From Octopus vulgaris (taxonomy: Eukaryota), in contig OX597820.1 of the NCBI GenBank assembly GCA_951406725.2, positions 42,284,001 through 42,348,000 on the forward strand: a DNA stretch of 64,000 bases, given 5' to 3'. This document shows, piece by piece, positions 58,018 to 64,000 of the stretch. Each line of letters starts with the position of its first letter. The first letter of the stretch is position 1. The translations under genes and the position numbers were made by a program. The notes under the pieces were generated by a model. The model was not told where the DNA came from. It worked only from the letters and a program-made list of their open reading frames with translations, and did no database searches.

Positions 58018-59019
58018 GTATGCAAATATATATACTCCCATATTTATAGAGAAAGAGACAGAGGTAGTGAGAGAGCGAGAACGAGAAAGAGGGAACTGAA
58101 ATGGGATAAGCAAAAGGACAAATATATGAAGAATAACACTGACATAGAGATAGAGAGACTGAGAAACAGTGATAGTATTGGAGAAAGTAAGAACGAGAAT
58201 ACGTGTGGCATAAGTATGTATTGATAGAGAGGAATGTATGAATATAGGAAGAGTAACATAGAGAGAGACACAGACTGACAGACAGACAGAGACAAACAGA
58301 GACAAACAGAGAAGAAGGAAAGGGAAGAAATATGAGAGTCTAAGCTCATTTATAGGCAAGAGAATAAGTAGGTGTGTGAGGGAACCAGAATCGTGGAATA
58401 GTGATATTGCGAGAGATTTATTCTTGTGTTGGGACCTTAAGTATTCTATAGATATTGAAAGAGCATGGAAACTTCTGAAAAAGAAGTTTTGAATTTAAAA
58501 TAGAGAGAAGGCAACCAAAGTGAGAATTAGAGAGACAGACAGAAAAGTTGGTGAGAGGAACGGTAAAGATCAATATAGAAAACATAATGACAGAGAGAGA
58601 GAGAGAGAGAAAGAAAAGGGAGATAGAAGAGACAAGGAGAGACAAGTAGAGAGAGAGAGAGACAAAGAGAGGTTTCGAACGAGTGATTGGGCAACATAAA
58701 AGCATAAAATCCGTGGAAATATATATGTAAACACAAGCACGTACAATAGATACGTGTGTGTGTGGTAGATGTTTGTTAGTGTGTATGCATTTATTCTGAA
58801 AGGGAATGAGAAAAACAAAAACAAAAATACAGAAAAAACATTTGAAAATAAGCTCTGGTGAACACTTTCACTTATACAACACACAAATACACGCACATAT
58901 CCAGGCGCAACCTCACACACTTGCCAAGACACACAATTAAGATACCTTTGCGTAGATACGGTATTATGTCTATGAATATTTATAGACATCTTATCTCTCT
59001 TCATTCACAGATACATATA

Positions 59020-59102
<83 letters not shown>

Positions 59103-59769
59103 CATATATATATATATATATATATTACATATATATAAACATATATACATATATACAAATGTGTGTATGTTCATATATATTACATATATATGTGTGTATG
59201 TATATATATATATTATATATATTATATATATGTATATATATATATCTATATACACACGCCCATATCTAATATATACCTGTGTATGGGTCTATAATATATC
59301 ACTTTCACATTTTCTCTTTTCTCCCAATCCCTTATATGTGTGTATATACATAGATATATATATAAACACACATACACATATATATAAGGGTATACAAATA
59401 TATGTGTATATATGTATATATACATGTATATATACATACAAACCTACATACAAACCTGCATATATATCTACCCATCTATATCTATATATATATATGTTTG
59501 TATATACAATTATATATATATATATAATTGAATATACATTTATCTATCTGTATATATGTATATATATGTTTATACATACATATATTATATATATATAATA
59601 CTCTTAAAAATACTTATTCATGTGGTGTTTCATTTCTATGCATATATAAAGCAACATATTTCAGTATGTAAATGTGTAGACAGCGAATCATTAATGTCTG
59701 CTTCAATTGCGTAGTTTTGTAAATAAATGACCTATGATAAAAAAAAAGTCATGAGCATATGTATGAAAT

Positions 59770-59814
<45 letters not shown>

Positions 59815-60120
59815 CTGAGTGTATGTTTGCGTGCCTTTATACAAAATGAGGCAGGGTAAAAAAGGAGAGGCAAGATTAAAAGATGACAGCATAATGCCTT
59901 TACGTAGAGATTATACACACATACACATGAACGCACATACGCACCCATCTTATGCGCGCGCGTGTGTGTGTGTGTGTGTATGTATTTGTGTATATCGTGT
60001 CTGTTGTGTGTGGTCTTGAATATGTGTATACGTGTGAGTATATGATTTAATTTGTGTAAACATTTCATGTCCATATACATGTTTGGAGATGTATCGCGAT
60101 GTATGTTGTATACAGATATG

Positions 60121-60160
<40 letters not shown>

Positions 60161-60564
60161 TATATATATTATATATATACATGTGTGTGTATGTTTGTGC
60201 GTGTATATATGTGTGCGCGTATGACTGAGTGTATACATACGTATATAAATATATATATATTTTTCACACACCTGTTTTGTATGTATACAGAAATGTGTGT
60301 GTACACACGTATGCACAGATTCGCATATATTTGTAAGTACATAAATGGGCGCATAGTTGCTGAGTCTACATATGCATACATATATGATATAATAAAATCT
60401 CATTTCATTTTCCTTTCGAAGAATTATAAGTTTATAATGTTTGAATGAGAAGGTTTTGACCTAACAACCTATAGATGTGATTTTGTACAATTCCACATTT
60501 GCATATACAAATATATATATGCATGGGGTGAGCGCGTGTGTGTATTGTGTATGTAAACATGCAT

Positions 60565-60615
<51 letters not shown>

Positions 60616-60756
60616 GTTGCTAATATTGAATAGTGACAATGATCGCTCAACACTGCGTTGTTAGATAAATGTTGTTTGTTTGTGGGTCAACAGGACAACC
60701 ATTAATTGCATGTGAAGAAATTTTCAGAATTGTTCAAGCGTAGCACGTGTAACTGC

Positions 60757-60824
<68 letters not shown>

Positions 60825-60948
60825 CTCTCTCTCTCTTTATCTATCTACATGTCTGTCTGTCTATCTATTTCTGTATGCATATATATGTGTATGTACAAGA
60901 GTATATATACGTGTGTGTATATGTGAGTGTCTGTGTGTGTGTGCGCGC

Positions 60949-60980
<32 letters not shown>

Positions 60981-61149
60981 TTGTAGATTAAACTAGATTT
61001 TTCTCTAAATTCCAAAATTCTAAGCGATAGTAAAATTGAATTCAGTACTAAAATCAGATTAAAGGAAATGTTTCAGGAGTGACCCAGTGATGGTAAAAAA
61101 AAAGAAAAAAAAAAAAGAAAGTAAGATTGTGTTCGTATATTTGGATCGA

Positions 61150-61780
61150 ACTGGGATACGTCTCACAAGGCTACGCTAGGAATCTTTATCGTTCAAAAAC
61201 TTTGGTTGGTCCCCAACTTCAGTTCTCGATAAGATCAATGTAGTTGAGTAAGTTCTCTCCCACCATTATGGTACGCAAGTCTATATAGTATAACATCCAT
61301 TATTTTCTGTTGTTCAGCACGACTGATGTGTCACCAGCAGTCGTTGAAAAATAATAGTAGAGTTAAGTCTCTCCCTGAGATTTTTTGAGCCCTCATGAAA
61401 AGTTTGGGGTATGTGCCATCAAAGCAATTTTTTAGCTTACTCTTCATAGTCTATGCTTCAGTTCTGTATAGGAGAATGATCTCTACACAAGGTCTAAACA
61501 TACCTTCTTAACTTCGAAATACATTTTTGAAGCTTACAGGAAATCCAGTCTAGACTCTAATCTGTACTGAAGTCTTCCTTGCTGTTAGCAATGTATGACG
61601 CAATGTACGTGAAGTCGCGAACTCCCTTGTCTTGTGTTCCATAGTGGGAATGCAATGGCAATTGATTTCTATTTCCATTGACAGTCGAATATTCGCTCTT
61701 CTTTGCTTTTAGAAACAGACTGACTTTGGCTGCGTAAACTGCAAGGAATATTAACAACATTTGAGCTTTGAACTATTCAT
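61150..61780 (-). mobile_element. Degenerate RTE-clade LINE fragment (RT C-terminal region)
   Basis: KAQMLL..AAKVSLFLKAKKSEY..VRDFTYIASYIANSKEDF; FRPCVEIILLYRTEA*T..FDGTYPKLFMRAQ; RAEQQKIMDVIL. Matches RTE GLxLNxKKTEY/DFKYLGS/LLYGSETWT/LDGTY motifs. Confidence 0.75.
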
Positions 61781-62091
61781 GAACTCTAAACGCAAAGATA
61801 TAAATATTGTCAAAATCACATACGTAGACATTCTTCAGACATCTTGATCAATTCTGCGTGAGGTGAGGTTTTTGTCTTAGATGGAATTAATTCTTTGCCT
61901 AAATATGTTTTCTGATAAAATTTCAAAATAAAAGGAAGCTTGAGTGTCTCTCAGAAGTATAACTGCTTCAGCTGGAATATAACTTATAAGCTAGAAGATA
62001 ATTCCTCACCTTGCATATTCCCTTAAATTTTAGTATGCTTGTACTTACTTCGGCTAACAAATTGCTAGGATCAAATCAAAATTGCTTATTT

Positions 62092-62143
<52 letters not shown>

Positions 62144-62157
62144 GCTGCTGCTGCTAC

Positions 62158-62191
<34 letters not shown>

Positions 62192-62271
62192 GCCGCCACT
62201 GCTGATGCTTCTACTGCTACTACAACTACTACTACTACTGTTATTATTATTATTATTATTATTATTAATAT

Positions 62272-62326
<55 letters not shown>
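62092..62326. repeat. Compound (TAC)n(TGC)n(ATT)n(AGT)n microsatellite
   Basis: Directly visible. Confidence 0.95.
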
Positions 62327-62327
<1 letters not shown>

Positions 62328-63331
62328 TTGTTCTGCAATGTAACATAACAAATGTTTCTACTAACGAAATTCTATTGCATATTTTAGTTATTTGAGTTAT
62401 ACCTATGTTTACATTAACCCTATGGAATATCTGTCTAAACAAGAGTCAAACATTTATATCATTAATTGTTTTAAGTTGGCTGTCTTTTTAGTCTGACAGG
62501 TGGAAAATTCTCGAAAATGCATCACATTATTCTTTGGCAGAACTACTTCGATTTAAAGTAAATAATCGAATTAAACCGATAAAACTTACGTTTGTTTTCA
62601 ATGAGAATATATGTTTCTTAGTTTAGCTTAATGATAGACTCTAAGTCTTCCGTTCGAAGAATTCCTACGTCTGACATTGTTTACCTGTGTATATTCATTA
62701 GCGTATTTCAGTTTCTATGTATTCACCAGCATCACAAGAAAATCTATGCACGTTTCTCTACATGCGTAATGTACATCCTAATGTCTATATAGCTGGAGTT
62801 TATTAGGAATCCTGAGAAATGTATTTGTGTGATTGTATGTAAGGGCATGTGTGTGAGTGTATAGTAATTTGTTTATACATATTAGCTTACTTATATTACA
62901 ACTCTTCTATGTTTATTCTTGTTCACATGTTGACAGCTGAGTATTGTTCGTTAAACGTATGTAACTATGTGTGCGTGATTCTGAGTTGCGTATGCGAAGC
63001 AACGAAGTTTATCAGTTGTCATTAAATAAATAAGAAACTAGAGAGAGAATGAATGGCAGCAAGAAATAGCAACAAAAAAAAGGTACAGTTAAAATTGTAT
63101 ATAAAAAAATAGAGAAAGGAAAATACTTGTTGAAATACGAATAATATCGTAATATACATTAAGCCACACCTGAAAAGATGGTGTAGGTTGATTGAAGGAT
63201 TTAAGGCGTTTATCTCGCCATCTGGGAACCAATGTAAAATGGATCATCATCAAGTGAAGAAGAGGAACAAAGAGTGAAATGAGGAGGAGGCGAAGTGAAA
63301 GACAACAGCTTAAGATGACAGAGAGTTGTAT

Positions 63332-63368
<37 letters not shown>

Positions 63369-63833
63369 AGAGGGCGTGGGAGCGAAAGAAATAGGAAATG
63401 AAAGTGAACGAGAGAGAGAGGGAGGAAAGGAATAATAGTAAACAAAGATTAACAGGGATACAAAAGAAAGATTAGGCACTAAAATGAGAGAAAAGAAAAG
63501 GCAGAGACAGCGTGACGGAGAGAGATTGTGAAGAGAAAGATATTTAGAATAGTGGGAAAGAAAAAGTGTGCGTGAAAGAGAGTAGCAACGAGATGGTAAC
63601 GATAGAGAGATAAAATAGAAAGAGATAGAAACGGTAAGGAAAGGTAAGGGTTTAGCAACGAATATTGAAAGTGAGTGTAAATGTGTCACTATGTGTACGT
63701 ACTTACGTACGTACATACGTATGTATGTATAAATGTATGTATGTATGTATGTATGTATGTATGTATCTAACTATCTGTCTTTCTGTTTCGTTGTTACTCT
63801 ATTTCAAGCACACTTTTTTATATACTTACAAAT

Positions 63834-64000
<167 letters not shown>

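Overview
AT-rich, microsatellite-saturated animal genomic DNA with no recognisable host-gene exon. It is most likely intronic or intergenic octopus/coleoid cephalopod sequence, an inference from the tRNA-derived SINE families. Almost all listed ORFs are microsatellite artefacts ([12 protein letters not shown]). The real content is a community of mobile elements, mostly sitting inside (TA)n/(CA)n/(TACA)n arrays. (1) A young Naiad-type Penelope-like element (PLE) at 23175-25691 has an uninterrupted RT-thumb + GIY-YIG frame and inverted pseudo-LTRs. One pLTR keeps a complete minimal hammerhead ribozyme; in the other the ribozyme core has been deleted at a microhomology. (2) A nest at 45.1-52.4 kb holds two Neptune-type PLEs plus solo pLTRs, with four hammerhead-like motifs, two of which share a non-canonical CUGU-N-GA core. 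(3) A non-autonomous Helitron (1814-3143) carries a ~285-bp-arm palindrome. (4) An R4/Dong-like RLE LINE fragment is split by a SINE with an 11-bp TSD. (5) There are also Tc1 and mariner fossils, a mariner MITE, CR1-like and RTE fragments, and at least five tRNA-derived SINE families, one sharing its 3' end with the CR1-like LINE. Family and clade names come from motif recognition by eye, not from database searches.
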